Shown piece after piece: positions 48,228 through 57,704 of a stretch of 64,000 bases of DNA (the stretch's first letter is position 1; each line of letters starts with the position of its first letter). This stretch comes from a bacterium (GTDB taxonomy: Bacteria > Zixibacteria > MSB-5A5 > GN15 > FEB-12), in assembly GCA_020444475.1 (NCBI GenBank), contig JAHLKV010000004.1, positions 6,494 through 70,493 on the forward strand, given 5' to 3'. The position numbers and the translations under genes are program-made. Under the pieces are notes generated by a model. It was not told the origin of the DNA and made no database searches. It worked only from the letters and a program-made list of their open reading frames with translations.

Positions 48228-49723
48228 GCGAACAGCGAACCAGCGGAATTCTTCTTCATGTCACGTCCCTGCCCTCGGCGTACGGTATCGGCGATCTCGG
48301 TCCGTCGGCTTATCGCTTCGTCGACCTGCTGGTGGACGCGCATCAGACGTACTGGCAGGTTCTTCCGCTTAATCCCACCAACCTCGCTCACGGCAATTCT
48401 CCCTACAGCAGCGTATCGGCGTTTGCAATCGAGCCGATGATAATCAGCCCGGAGCTGCTCGTCGAGTACGGGTATCTCGACCCCGAGGACATCGCCGACC
48501 ATCCCCCGTTCCCAGACGACAAGGTAGACTACGAAACGGTATTCGCGTACAAACGATCGCTGCTGGACAGGGCCTGGGAGCGGTTCAGGCGAGGAAGTGA
48601 TCGGCGCAGTTTCGATGCCTTCTGCTTGGAGCACGCAGCGTGGCTTGACCCGTTCGTCTTGTTTCTGGCGCTGAAAGACGAAGCGGGAGGGAAGGTGTGG
48701 AGTGACTGGCCGGGTGAGCTTCGCAATCGGGACACCGGTTCTATCGAAGCAGCGTGGAAGAGACACGCGAACGCCTGCGAGCGGCAGAAATTCTTCCAGT
48801 ATCTCGTTTTCGAACAATGGTTCAACCTGAAGAATCATGCCGCCGGGAGAGGGGTACGGATCATCGGGGATATCCCCATCTACGTCAACTACGACAGTGT
48901 CGATGTCTGGTCGAATCCGGGTATCTTCAAACTCGACGACAACCTGCAGCCAACCGGTGTGGCCGGTGTCCCTCCCGACTACTTCAGCGAGACCGGACAG
49001 CTGTGGGGTAACCCGGTGTATGACTGGCAGGCGCTCCGCAGTTCCGGCTTCGAGTGGTGGCTTCGACGACTCGGTCACACGCTGCACCTTTTTGACAAGG
49101 TGCGGATCGATCATTTCCGAGGACTGGCTTCGTTCTGGGAAGTTCCGTTCGGCGAGAAGACCGCGGTCAACGGCGAGTGGCAGGAAGTGCCGTCGGACGA
49201 GTTCTTCGGCGCGGTGCGGGAGCGGTTTCCGGATCTGCCCATTATCGCCGAAGATTTGGGATTTATCACTGAAGATGTAATCGAGCTTCGTGATCGGTTT
49301 GGCTTTGCGGGAATGAAGCTGGTGATCTTTGCTTTTGGCGAAGACAACCCGGGCCATCCGTACCTGCCGCACAACTATATCGCAAATGCGGTCGCTTATA
49401 CCGGCACCCACGACAACAACACGGTTCGAGGTTGGCTGGAAGAAGAAGCCGATGAGGAGGCGGTGCTGCGATTGAGCAAGTATGTGGGGCACGCAGTCAC
49501 GACCAGCAGCGTGCATGCGGATATGATCCGGCTGATCATGGTGTCGGTTGCCGAGACGGTAATCGTGCCGATGCAGGATTTGCTGGGACTGGGCGCCGAG
49601 GCCCGGATGAATGTCCCGTCGACTGCCAACGGCAACTGGACCTGGCGAGTCGTTCCGGAACAACTGGTCGCGGAAACGTTGATGTGGCTCGCGGACCAGA
49701 CGGTTCGATTCGGACGCGCCTGA
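48224..49723 (+). CDS. malQ: 4-alpha-glucanotransferase (amylomaltase, GH77)
   Basis: 499 aa. ATGA overlap with treY. SGILLHVTSLPSAYGIGDLG, IGDIPIYV, RIDHFRG, IAEDLG, YTGTHDN. Confidence 0.95.
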   Translation: MSEQRTSGILLHVTSLPSAYGIGDLGPSAYRFVDLLVDAHQTYWQVLPLNPTNLAHGNSPYSSVSAFAIEPMIISPELLVEYGYLDPEDIADHPPFPDDKVDYETVFAYKRSLLDRAWERFRRGSDRRSFDAFCLEHAAWLDPFVLFLALKDEAGGKVWSDWPGELRNRDTGSIEAAWKRHANACERQKFFQYLVFEQWFNLKNHAAGRGVRIIGDIPIYVNYDSVDVWSNPGIFKLDDNLQPTGVAGVPPDYFSETGQLWGNPVYDWQALRSSGFEWWLRRLGHTLHLFDKVRIDHFRGLASFWEVPFGEKTAVNGEWQEVPSDEFFGAVRERFPDLPIIAEDLGFITEDVIELRDRFGFAGMKLVIFAFGEDNPGHPYLPHNYIANAVAYTGTHDNNTVRGWLEEEADEEAVLRLSKYVGHAVTTSSVHADMIRLIMVSVAETVIVPMQDLLGLGAEARMNVPSTANGNWTWRVVPEQLVAETLMWLADQTVRFGRA

Positions 49724-49749
49724 TACCGGCGGAACCGGCGGCTTAACCG

Positions 49750-49836
49750 AAAAAAAAGTGTGCCTGTCCGGTAAGGGGCTTCGACGGACTCAGGGGGCAA
49801 CTAGCCGTCAACGGGGGCAACGCCGGAACAGGCACA
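49750..49836 (-). terminator. Long imperfect hairpin followed (on the - strand) by T8; possible terminator in a convergent spacer
   Basis: TGTGCCTGTCCGG (49759..49771) pairs with CCGGAACAGGCACA (49823..49836), one bulge. The ~50-nt interior contains three GGGGC motifs and an inner GACGG/CCGTC pair. A8 at 49750..49757 reads as T8 after the hairpin on the - strand. Confidence 0.4.
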
Positions 49837-50026
49837 AAGAAGACTTCTTTGGCGATTCTTTACTCTGAATATCGAGCTTCAACGGCACATATCAATATGG
49901 TATTACTCTCCATGAAATAGGTACGAGTAATACCTATCTTATAATCGGGTCTCTAATCCTCTAAAATTGTCGCCACGGAATGTTAAGTACTTTCTGTACA
50001 ATTCCTTGGTTGGGGACTGATGCTCA

Positions 50027-52132
50027 CTACCGCGAGGAGTTCTCTTCCAGTTTCTGAAGATAGGTGACCAGGTTGACCTTCTGATTGGCTATACCCAGCT
50101 TTCGACGAATCTGGTTGCGCTGTTTGTTGACGGTCAGCAGCGAGGTATTCAACGAAGAGGCTATCTGTTTCGAAGAGAGCCCGGAGCGGATCATGTTGCA
50201 GATTTGGAGTTCCCTTGGAGAGAGGTTGACTGGTCGGGTGTCGAGCCGGCTGATGAAGGGTGCGGCGATGTCGGTCAGGCACTCTCGGAGCAGCTTGACG
50301 ACGTGTTCGGAGCTGTGTACCGATCGGCGCTCCATCGACTCAAGGATCGGCATGGCGATTCGGTCGATGTTGGCCTGAATCTGAGCGGCCATGGCTCGTT
50401 TCCCGTCCTCGATCTGCCCCAGCACTTCCTGTAAAGCGATATTTTTCTGGTGCAGTGTTTCCTGTTCGAGACGGAGTTCTTCGTTCGCTTCGGCCAGCTG
50501 TTCCGTCCGTTCGGCTACGCGACGTTCGAGATCGTCGCGCGACGCCCGCAGTTCCTGTTCGGCTTTCTTCCGGTCATCGATATCCACAGTAATCACCATA
50601 GCCGCCTTCACCGTGCCGTCGCTGTCGCGGAAAGGCTGGACGCTGACCCAGTACCATCGCCAGTCACCCGAGACGGGAGTGCAAATCTCATGCGTGAACG
50701 GTTGACGGGTGTCAATCACTTGTCGGATGTTCTTCATCTGGAGATCGGCCATCTCCTGCGGGAACAGGTCCCACATCGTCTGACCGGTCGCCTCCTCAAC
50801 CGTCTTGCTGTGGGCGCGGGCTGCCGCTTCGTTGAGGAACACGAACACGCCTTCGTAGGTAACTAGCACGATGGCTGCTCGAACATTGTTCAGCAGCAGC
50901 CGGTTCATTTCTTCGCTCCTTCGCAGGGCCTCCCCGGCCTGGCGTTGAGCGGTGATATCCTCGGTGAGGATGACGACTCTTTCAACCACATCGGAGTCGT
51001 CCATGATGGCGTAGAAGTGCTGGGAAAGCCAGAGGGGGCGGCCTTTTCGATTCTTGCGCAGATCGAGTTCCGGGACGTGGAGGTAGCCGCCCCGTTCGTA
51101 GATGGCTTTGACTTTGTTTTTCCAGTCGCCGAGGTAGTCGTCACGCTTATCGAATTCGAGTGTGTCGCGTTCACGGGTAGTGTAGTCAATCAGGTCTTCG
51201 GGCCAGATGTTCCAGATCTTCAGCCAGGCATCATTGTGGAAGAGCAGCTTCCCAAATCGATCCCGGACCGAGATGCCCAGCGGCGAATGTTCGACAACTG
51301 CCCGCGTCAGCCGCTCGCTTTCTCGCAGGCTCTCTTCGGCTTTCTTGCGGGCGGTGATGTCCTGATCGATGCCTTCAAAAAAGAGCACGCTCCCCTGATC
51401 ATCGGTAACGGCGTACGTGTTGGACAGCACCCAGATCTCCTGTCCATCGGGTCGCAGGTGCTTGCTTTCGAATCCGGTGACGGTGCCTTCTTCGGCCAGC
51501 CGTTTCATCAGGAGTTCTCTTCGGGCCGGATCGCAGTAGGTGGCGCCGGCCCCCGCTTTTTTCATCTGTTCTTCCGAATCAAATCCATAGATGCGCACCA
51601 TCGCCGAATTGGCCGAGATGAGCTCGCCGCCGGGTGTCGAACGAAAGATGCCTATGGGGGCATTGTCGACAAGATCATGGTAACGCTGCTGCGACTGCCG
51701 CAGGGCGGACTCGATGTGGCGATAGCGCGTTATGTCCCTGATGAAGACGAGGACGAAAAGGATCTCGTCGCCGCTTTTGATGGGGTGCTTTCTCGACTCT
51801 ATCCACAGTTCCTTATCGCCACGAAGAACCCGTCGCCGTTCGATCGTTTCGCCCGATGCGAGCGCTCCGCGGTACTCCGCAGCGATTTCATCGGTGAGGG
51901 CGGGATAGATATCGTCGAGCTTTCGGCCCAGGACATTCTTAGGCCGGATGCCGATGGCTTCGCCAAGTCGTTCGAGCGCGGAATTGTAGAGGACCACCCG
52001 CAGGTCGCGATCGACGACCAACACCGCATCTTCGCACGCCTCTGTCAATCCGGCGAGCATCTCCGCGAAGTGGTCGTGGAGTTCGGGACTGATACGATTC
52101 GAGTTGTTGCTTTTGTTCGTGCTATCTTTCAT
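50027..52132 (-). CDS. Multi-PAS / coiled-coil / LuxR-type HTH one-component regulator
   Basis: 701 aa. About four PAS repeats, coiled coil (LAEANEELRLEQETLHQKNIALQEVLGQIEDGK), LuxR HTH (SPRELQICNMIRSGLSSKQIASSLNTSLLTVNKQRNQIRRKLG). Confidence 0.88.
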   Translation of the reverse strand: MKDSTNKSNNSNRISPELHDHFAEMLAGLTEACEDAVLVVDRDLRVVLYNSALERLGEAIGIRPKNVLGRKLDDIYPALTDEIAAEYRGALASGETIERRRVLRGDKELWIESRKHPIKSGDEILFVLVFIRDITRYRHIESALRQSQQRYHDLVDNAPIGIFRSTPGGELISANSAMVRIYGFDSEEQMKKAGAGATYCDPARRELLMKRLAEEGTVTGFESKHLRPDGQEIWVLSNTYAVTDDQGSVLFFEGIDQDITARKKAEESLRESERLTRAVVEHSPLGISVRDRFGKLLFHNDAWLKIWNIWPEDLIDYTTRERDTLEFDKRDDYLGDWKNKVKAIYERGGYLHVPELDLRKNRKGRPLWLSQHFYAIMDDSDVVERVVILTEDITAQRQAGEALRRSEEMNRLLLNNVRAAIVLVTYEGVFVFLNEAAARAHSKTVEEATGQTMWDLFPQEMADLQMKNIRQVIDTRQPFTHEICTPVSGDWRWYWVSVQPFRDSDGTVKAAMVITVDIDDRKKAEQELRASRDDLERRVAERTEQLAEANEELRLEQETLHQKNIALQEVLGQIEDGKRAMAAQIQANIDRIAMPILESMERRSVHSSEHVVKLLRECLTDIAAPFISRLDTRPVNLSPRELQICNMIRSGLSSKQIASSLNTSLLTVNKQRNQIRRKLGIANQKVNLVTYLQKLEENSSR

Positions 52133-52342
52133 ACTGCTATTGGGGGCTGGTTGGCCACCAGCTGCAATATGGCAGACGGACGCCGGTCGGTCAACTACCA
52201 GAACCGGCCGACGTTTGGTCGCGGGGGGGAGTGCCGACGGAACCGCCTCGAAGGCGAACTGTTAAAAGGTCAAAGGCGTGCCAGCCATCTCGGACCCGAC
52301 ACCTGCCGAGGCGCGTTTACGAGCGAAGGGAAGGAGTATTTC

Positions 52343-52813
52343 ATGAAGTCAATCGTAGTGGTTCTGATTGCGGTCGGTCTGCTGATTGTGGCGGTGCCGG
52401 TTGTCGCACAGACGGACGAAGCTGTTGCGCCGGACTCGTCCGGCAAAGACGTGATGGCAACATCTCTTGCCGTGACCGCCGTGGTTGCCTCCGGAGTGGA
52501 GGAGCGCGAACCGATCGGCGAAGCCGCATCGTTTCCGGCAACGACCAGTCGGGTGTATTGCTGGACGGTTGTCACCGGCGCCGCCGACAGCACGAACATT
52601 ACCCATACCTGGTATCTCGATACGGCGATGGTTCAGCAGATTGTGCTGCCGGTGAAAGCCAGTCCGTGGCGAACCTGGAGCTACAAGACGATCGATGAGA
52701 GCATGGTCGGCGCCTGGCGGGTGGAGATCCACGGTCCGAATGGCGAACCGCTCGCCGAAAAAAGCTTCACGATCGAAGCGGCAGCCGTTCAGGACAGCGC
52801 TTTCGGCCAGTAA
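52343..52813 (+). CDS. DUF2914-like secreted/membrane-anchored protein
   Basis: ATG 52343 is preceded by AAGGAG. N-terminal hydrophobic segment. VEEREPIG...RVYCWTVV...ITHTWYLD...WRTWSYKTI...GAWRVEIHGPNGEPL fits DUF2914. The 622-aa ORF in the track (50945..52813) is real only in this last part. Confidence 0.75.
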   Translation: MKSIVVVLIAVGLLIVAVPVVAQTDEAVAPDSSGKDVMATSLAVTAVVASGVEEREPIGEAASFPATTSRVYCWTVVTGAADSTNITHTWYLDTAMVQQIVLPVKASPWRTWSYKTIDESMVGAWRVEIHGPNGEPLAEKSFTIEAAAVQDSAFGQ

Positions 52814-52895
52814 TCGAAGTACGTCTGCCTAATTTCGGCAGGTAGTGCCTCTCTGTAATTACACACTGATCAGCAGGAGGAGACAAGGAGTGTCC

Positions 52896-54371
52896 ATGAG
52901 AAGGGATCGCGCTCGGCGCGGCTTCAGGTTCCCCGGAGTTGCGCGTGTCATCGCGCTGTGTATGGCGCTGGCGGCCACCGCGTTGATGGTGTACGGCTGT
53001 TATGTCAATCCGGCCACCGGCAAAGAGCAGCTGAGCCTGTACAGCGAATCACAGGAGATTTCCATGGGTCGGGAAGCGGACCCGCAAATAGTCGCTTCCA
53101 TGGGCGTCTATCAGGATTCCGCGATTGCCGCTTATGTCGACCGACTGGGCCGTGAGTTGGCGGCGGTCTCGGAGCGGCCGGATCTCCCCTGGACATTTCG
53201 CGTCATTGATGATCCCGTGGTCAATGCGTTCGCCGTGCCGGGCGGGTTCATCTATATTACGCGGGGGATTATGGCGCATCTCAACAGCGAGGCGCAGCTG
53301 GCCGGGGTGGTCGGCCATGAGATCGGCCATGTCACGGCCCGTCATTCCGTTACCCAAATGACCAAGCAGCAGCTCCTGCAGATTGGAGTCGGTGTCGGGG
53401 TGATGATCGAACCCGACCTCCAGAAGTACTCGAGTCTCATCAACAGCGGATTGCAGTTGATGTTTCTCAAGTTCAGTCGTGATGACGAGAAGCAGGCCGA
53501 CGATCTCGGACTTCGGTATATGGTGCGCGACGGCAAGGATCCCCGGGAAATGCCCGGGATCTTCGCGATGTTGAAGCGGGTGAGTGAAAACGCGGGAGGC
53601 GGCTCCATTCCGGAGTGGATGTCGACCCACCCCGATCCGGAGAACCGGGTCGGTCGACTCGAGCGGGCTATCGATACGCTCCCTATCGACTTCGCCAGAA
53701 CGAGCGTCGGCCGCAACAGCTATCTTCGACTGCTCGACGGTATGACCTACGGAACCGATCCTCGGGAGGGGTATTTCGAAGGGGCGACATTTTACCATCC
53801 CGACATGGCCTTCCAGTTCGTTTTCCCCGACGGGTGGCAGACCTATAATGACAAGCAGGGGGTGATTGCGGCCGGACCAAATCAGGACGTGCTCATTCAG
53901 TTGACCCTGGCGCAGGGGAGTACACCGCAGGCGGCCGCGGAGTCGTTCTTTTCACAACAGGGGATTACCTCGACAGCCCGGCAAACCGGCAATATCAACG
54001 GACTGGCGGCGGTGAGTGCCGATTTTCAGGCCACCACCGACAACGGAGTGCTGGCCGGGCATGCGGCATTCGTCTCTCACAACGGTATCGTGTTCCAGAT
54101 ACTCGGATACAGCACACTGCAGGGCTGGACAGGCTATGAGACGGCTGTGCGGTCGTCGATTCGCAGTTTCGCCCGGCTGACCGACCAGAGCAAGTTGACG
54201 GTGCGTCCGATGCGGCTGAAGATCGAGACCGTGTCGCAGGCCATGACAGTTGAGGAGTTCAATCGGCGGTATCCGTCGGAAGTGCCGTTGGATGAGATCG
54301 CGCTTATCAACCAGCTGCAGCCGTCCACGCAGTTGCCGAGCGGAACGCTCGTGAAGCGGGTCGTTCGATAA
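52896..54371 (+). CDS. M48-family zinc metalloprotease, probable lipoprotein
   Basis: ATG 52896 is preceded by AAGGAG. Lipobox-like ALMVYGC and an HEXXH motif in VVGHEIGHVTARH. The ORF track starts at 52845. Confidence 0.85.
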   Translation: MRRDRARRGFRFPGVARVIALCMALAATALMVYGCYVNPATGKEQLSLYSESQEISMGREADPQIVASMGVYQDSAIAAYVDRLGRELAAVSERPDLPWTFRVIDDPVVNAFAVPGGFIYITRGIMAHLNSEAQLAGVVGHEIGHVTARHSVTQMTKQQLLQIGVGVGVMIEPDLQKYSSLINSGLQLMFLKFSRDDEKQADDLGLRYMVRDGKDPREMPGIFAMLKRVSENAGGGSIPEWMSTHPDPENRVGRLERAIDTLPIDFARTSVGRNSYLRLLDGMTYGTDPREGYFEGATFYHPDMAFQFVFPDGWQTYNDKQGVIAAGPNQDVLIQLTLAQGSTPQAAAESFFSQQGITSTARQTGNINGLAAVSADFQATTDNGVLAGHAAFVSHNGIVFQILGYSTLQGWTGYETAVRSSIRSFARLTDQSKLTVRPMRLKIETVSQAMTVEEFNRRYPSEVPLDEIALINQLQPSTQLPSGTLVKRVVR

Positions 54372-54461
54372 GTAATCGCAGCGCGGGCGCGTCGACACCG
54401 GCGCGTCCGCGCGACTTCAATACGTCCAAACCGCATCCCCTGCGTATAATGTATCAACCGG

Positions 54462-54932
54462 ATGAGGGTGTGTGGTATGCGTGTGGCGTGGCTGGCCGCC
54501 TTTCTCTTTGTAGCCATAACTGCCTCGGCAGTCGCTCAATCCGCAGTGCCTGCGGATTCTGTAATTGACTCGTTGCCACGAGATATCCTATCCGACCCCT
54601 CCGTTCGTTCCTTCTCCATGGACACCGTCCGATTCGGTTTCGACTGGACTACCATGATAGATCGATCACTGAATATTGCCTGGAGCGTGCCGCCGAGCCA
54701 CCTGGTCCGGCTTGGGGATTTCCGGCCGATTGATCTCGACAGCGCGGTCAGTGATGAACCGACCGATTCGGTCCGCCATTCCATCTACCTGGCGGTTCGA
54801 TGGCAGCACTACTGGCGGGAGCTATGCACGGAAATCCGGTTCACCCCGGACGGCCGGGAGTACTATGAGCAATTCCGACGAACCAAACCGACCTACGTGA
54901 AAGGCTCGATCTCCTTCAACGCGCTTCAATGA
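54462..54932 (+). CDS. Hypothetical secreted protein
   Basis: 156 aa. Signal peptide (VAWLAAFLFVAITASAVAQS). No recognisable motifs. Alternative start at ATG 54477. Confidence 0.5.
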   Translation: MRVCGMRVAWLAAFLFVAITASAVAQSAVPADSVIDSLPRDILSDPSVRSFSMDTVRFGFDWTTMIDRSLNIAWSVPPSHLVRLGDFRPIDLDSAVSDEPTDSVRHSIYLAVRWQHYWRELCTEIRFTPDGREYYEQFRRTKPTYVKGSISFNALQ

Positions 54933-54939
54933 AACGGAA

Positions 54940-55194
54940 CTAGCGATATCGGATCTTGAGGGCGACAATGAACAAGGCGAGAAGAAGCGTGACGGCGTTG
55001 GCGAGGATAACGGGAAGCGAGTTCAGGAAGATGCCATAGGCGAGCCACAGGGAGACGCCGATTACAAAGACGACATACATCACGAGCGAGATATCACCGG
55101 TCGATTTCGTTCGCCACGCTTTGATTAGCTGTGGCAGGAAAGAGACGGTGGTCAGTATGCCGGCCAGAAGGCCTATTATCGTGGGTGTTTCCAT
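54940..55194 (-). CDS. SemiSWEET / PQ-loop family transporter
   Basis: 84 aa from METPTIIG, three TM helices, PQ motif in TTVSFLPQLIKAWRTKSTGDISL. The ORF track starts 36 nt upstream. Confidence 0.8.
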   Translation of the reverse strand: METPTIIGLLAGILTTVSFLPQLIKAWRTKSTGDISLVMYVVFVIGVSLWLAYGIFLNSLPVILANAVTLLLALFIVALKIRYR

Positions 55195-55383
55195 CGGCGG
55201 GGGATGATAGCACAGTCTGGGGAACGGCACAAGCCGGAAATTTCTCGCCGGTTAAAGACGTGCAGCTTTATTGCTCTCTGCCCCAGCAGCCCAACCCGTT
55301 TCAAAGCCGCTTGTCTCGTGATGGTTTCTTGTGTATCATCAATCCGGCTGTGCACTAACAGCATTTGTTGAGAGGAGAAGTGT

Positions 55384-55881
55384 ATGCACGAGAAAAGTCA
55401 GGCCCTGCTGAATCAGGCGGTCGGCGATGAACTGTCGGCTGTCCACCAGTATATGTATTTTCACTTTCAGTGCGACGATCAGGGGTACGACCTGCTGGCG
55501 AATCTGTTTCGCATGACGGCGATCGAAGAGATGCGTCATATCGAAACGCTGGCGGAGCGTATCCTGTTTCTTGGCGGCGATGTCGAACTAAAGGCGACGC
55601 ATGAGGTCAGGAAGCTGAGCGATGTCAGGGAGATGCTCGAGACCGCCCGCGGCATGGAGGAGAGCAGCGTTACCGACTACAACAAGTTCGCCAACCAGTG
55701 CTCGGCCAACGCCGACTCCGCTACCAAGCAGATTTTCGAAAGTCTGGTGCTCGACGAGGAACGCCACTACGACCAGTACGACAACGAACTGGTGGCGATG
55801 AAGAAGTTCGGCGACAATTATCTTGCCCTGCAGTCGATCGAGCGAAGCAAGAACCGCTCATCGGGTCAGACGGCGGAGTAA
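55384..55881 (+). CDS. bfr: Bacterioferritin
   Basis: 165 aa. AGGAGAAG RBS. LNQAVGDELSAVHQYMYFH...AIEEMRHIETLAERILFLGG...LDEERHYD aligns with Bfr di-iron ligands and the haem-ligand Met. Confidence 0.88.
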   Translation: MHEKSQALLNQAVGDELSAVHQYMYFHFQCDDQGYDLLANLFRMTAIEEMRHIETLAERILFLGGDVELKATHEVRKLSDVREMLETARGMEESSVTDYNKFANQCSANADSATKQIFESLVLDEERHYDQYDNELVAMKKFGDNYLALQSIERSKNRSSGQTAE

Positions 55882-55942
55882 GAGACTTCAGCGACGAGGT
55901 ATCGACGGGGTGGTATACCCGGCCTGAAGATGTTCTGGAATT

Positions 55943-56019
<77 letters not shown>

Positions 56020-56030
56020 ATCAGATTGAG

Positions 56031-56060
56031 ATAATAAGGTCAATGTGAGCACCCTGTCAA
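56031..56060 (-). promoter_or_regulatory. Sigma70-type promoter of the initiator tRNA
   Basis: On the - strand: TTGACA (56060..56055), 18-nt spacer, TATTAT (56036..56031), 11 nt before the mature tRNA 5' end. Confidence 0.6.
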
Positions 56061-56065
56061 GCTCC

Positions 56066-56096
56066 CTGCCGAAGAAAAGCGATATTTCTTCGGCAG
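56066..56096 (-). terminator. Perfect 12-bp hairpin after the antiporter gene (no U-tract)
   Basis: CTGCCGAAGAAA-AGCGATA-TTTCTTCGGCAG, 29 nt downstream of the stop at 56125. Confidence 0.35.
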
Positions 56097-56124
56097 AGAA
56101 CTCAACTCCCCGGGTTTGGGACGC

Positions 56125-57486
56125 CTATTGCGGCGACTGAACCGGCGCGTGTCCCCGTTTCATCGACCACACCAGCAGCGGCGGTGTGACCAGGGTGGTG
56201 ACAATCACCATAATGACTACCGCCGAATAGGTGGTCGACGTGATCACCGCCTCACCCTCCAACATCAATTTGGCGCCGATTCCCGCGAAAATAAGCCCCA
56301 CTTCGCCTCGCGGAATCATCCCCAGCCCGACCGATAGCCGGTTGGTGTCTCGATCCCATATCGCCAGTGAACAGGCCTGTTTGCCTATAATGGCCGCAAT
56401 TGTGAGCACGGCCGCAAATCCGAGGATTTCGACCTGCGCGAAAGTCGACAGGTCAACCAGCATGCCCATGCGAACGAAAAAGATAGGAACGAGGAACGTT
56501 GCGATCGGGGCGATGAGTTCCTCGATAGTGTGTTCACCCCGTTCGGTAAAGCCCTTGTAGTGGATCTCATCGAGGATCAATCCGGCCGCAAATGCACCGA
56601 CGATCGGCGCCAGCCCGACTTTGCCGGCCAGGTAGGCCAGCGAGAAACAGACCAGCAGGGCGAACGATAGAAACACACCCTTGCCCTTGAGGACGATCGC
56701 AAATTTGAAGAAGTAGGGCAGGACCAGCGATCCGACAACGATGGCGCCGACCACGAATAACACCGACTTACCGATTATCCAGAGCACTTGGAGGGAGCTG
56801 ACACCATCGCCACTGCCGGTTGCGGCGGCGGTTATGATGCCTGTTACGACTGCCAGAATCACCAGGCCGAGGATATCATCGATAACCGCCGCCCCGAGAA
56901 TGACCTTGGCCTCCCTGGTGTTGATCTTGCCGGTGTCCTTCAGGACTCGCGCCGTAATACCTACCGACGTTGCAGTCAGCGTGGCGCCGATGAAGACATG
57001 GACCAGCGTGCCGTGATCCGGGATAAACCAGGCGGCCACGCCCCAGCCGAGAAAGAACGGTGCAACCACACCAAAAACGGCCACCATGAAGGCGGTTCCG
57101 CCGACCTGCATCATCTCCTTCACAGTCGATTCCAGGCCCACTTCGAACAGCAGGATAATGACGCCGATTTCGGCCAAAATCTCCAGCACCAGCTGGGTCT
57201 TAAACGGCTCGAAAACATCAACGCCGATCAGGTGCAGGTTGCCGAGCACCATACCGACAATCAACTCACCCAGCACGGCCGGAGATTTGAAGCGCTCGAA
57301 CAGGTCACCGCCCAGTTTGGCGGCTAGCAAAATCACGATCAGCTCGAGCAGGGTGCTCAGCACCTCGCCGCCTCCATGCCCTCCTTCACCGTCTTCGGAA
57401 CCGAAAGCAAGGGAGTGACCGATGTAAACAGTTATGACAGCGATAAATAACCACCAGCGGCGGCCGGTCAATAAGCGCACGAGCAT
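56125..57486 (-). CDS. Cation:proton antiporter, CPA2 family (Kef/NapA-like)
   Basis: 453 aa, ~12 TM helices. LLAAKLGGDLFERFKSPAVLGELIVGMVLG and GLESTVKEM... are typical of the Na_H_Exchanger family. Confidence 0.85.
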   Translation of the reverse strand: MLVRLLTGRRWWLFIAVITVYIGHSLAFGSEDGEGGHGGGEVLSTLLELIVILLAAKLGGDLFERFKSPAVLGELIVGMVLGNLHLIGVDVFEPFKTQLVLEILAEIGVIILLFEVGLESTVKEMMQVGGTAFMVAVFGVVAPFFLGWGVAAWFIPDHGTLVHVFIGATLTATSVGITARVLKDTGKINTREAKVILGAAVIDDILGLVILAVVTGIITAAATGSGDGVSSLQVLWIIGKSVLFVVGAIVVGSLVLPYFFKFAIVLKGKGVFLSFALLVCFSLAYLAGKVGLAPIVGAFAAGLILDEIHYKGFTERGEHTIEELIAPIATFLVPIFFVRMGMLVDLSTFAQVEILGFAAVLTIAAIIGKQACSLAIWDRDTNRLSVGLGMIPRGEVGLIFAGIGAKLMLEGEAVITSTTYSAVVIMVIVTTLVTPPLLVWSMKRGHAPVQSPQ

Positions 57487-57704
57487 CCTCCTTCCATCAG
57501 CGTCATTTTGAGGCGGAATCTAGTGGCTATGTCAATCGGTAACAAGTCTTTTCCCGCCCAAACGGTCTGCTCATTTCCTGAACCGCCGGATAGAAGAAGA
57601 TCCGCCAACCCCCTTGTTTCCTTCAGGTTTTACCTCGCGATGACGAAAACCTAACTAATGGACTATCGGGGACAAACCACTGCTGGAGAGGCGTAAAGGC
57701 ACCT

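Noticed and set aside
44527-49663. Long - strand ORFs 44527..45540 (337 aa), 46203..47489 (428 aa) and 47921..49663 (580 aa)
   Set aside because: All are antisense to the GH57, treY and malQ genes, which have strong family motifs on the + strand. Their composition is arginine/proline-biased and no domains were recognised.
50945-52342. First ~465 codons of the 622-aa + strand ORF 50945..52813
   Set aside because: This part is antisense to the multi-PAS LuxR regulator. Only the last 156 codons form a credible gene (from ATG 52343, with an AAGGAG RBS and a DUF2914-like sequence).
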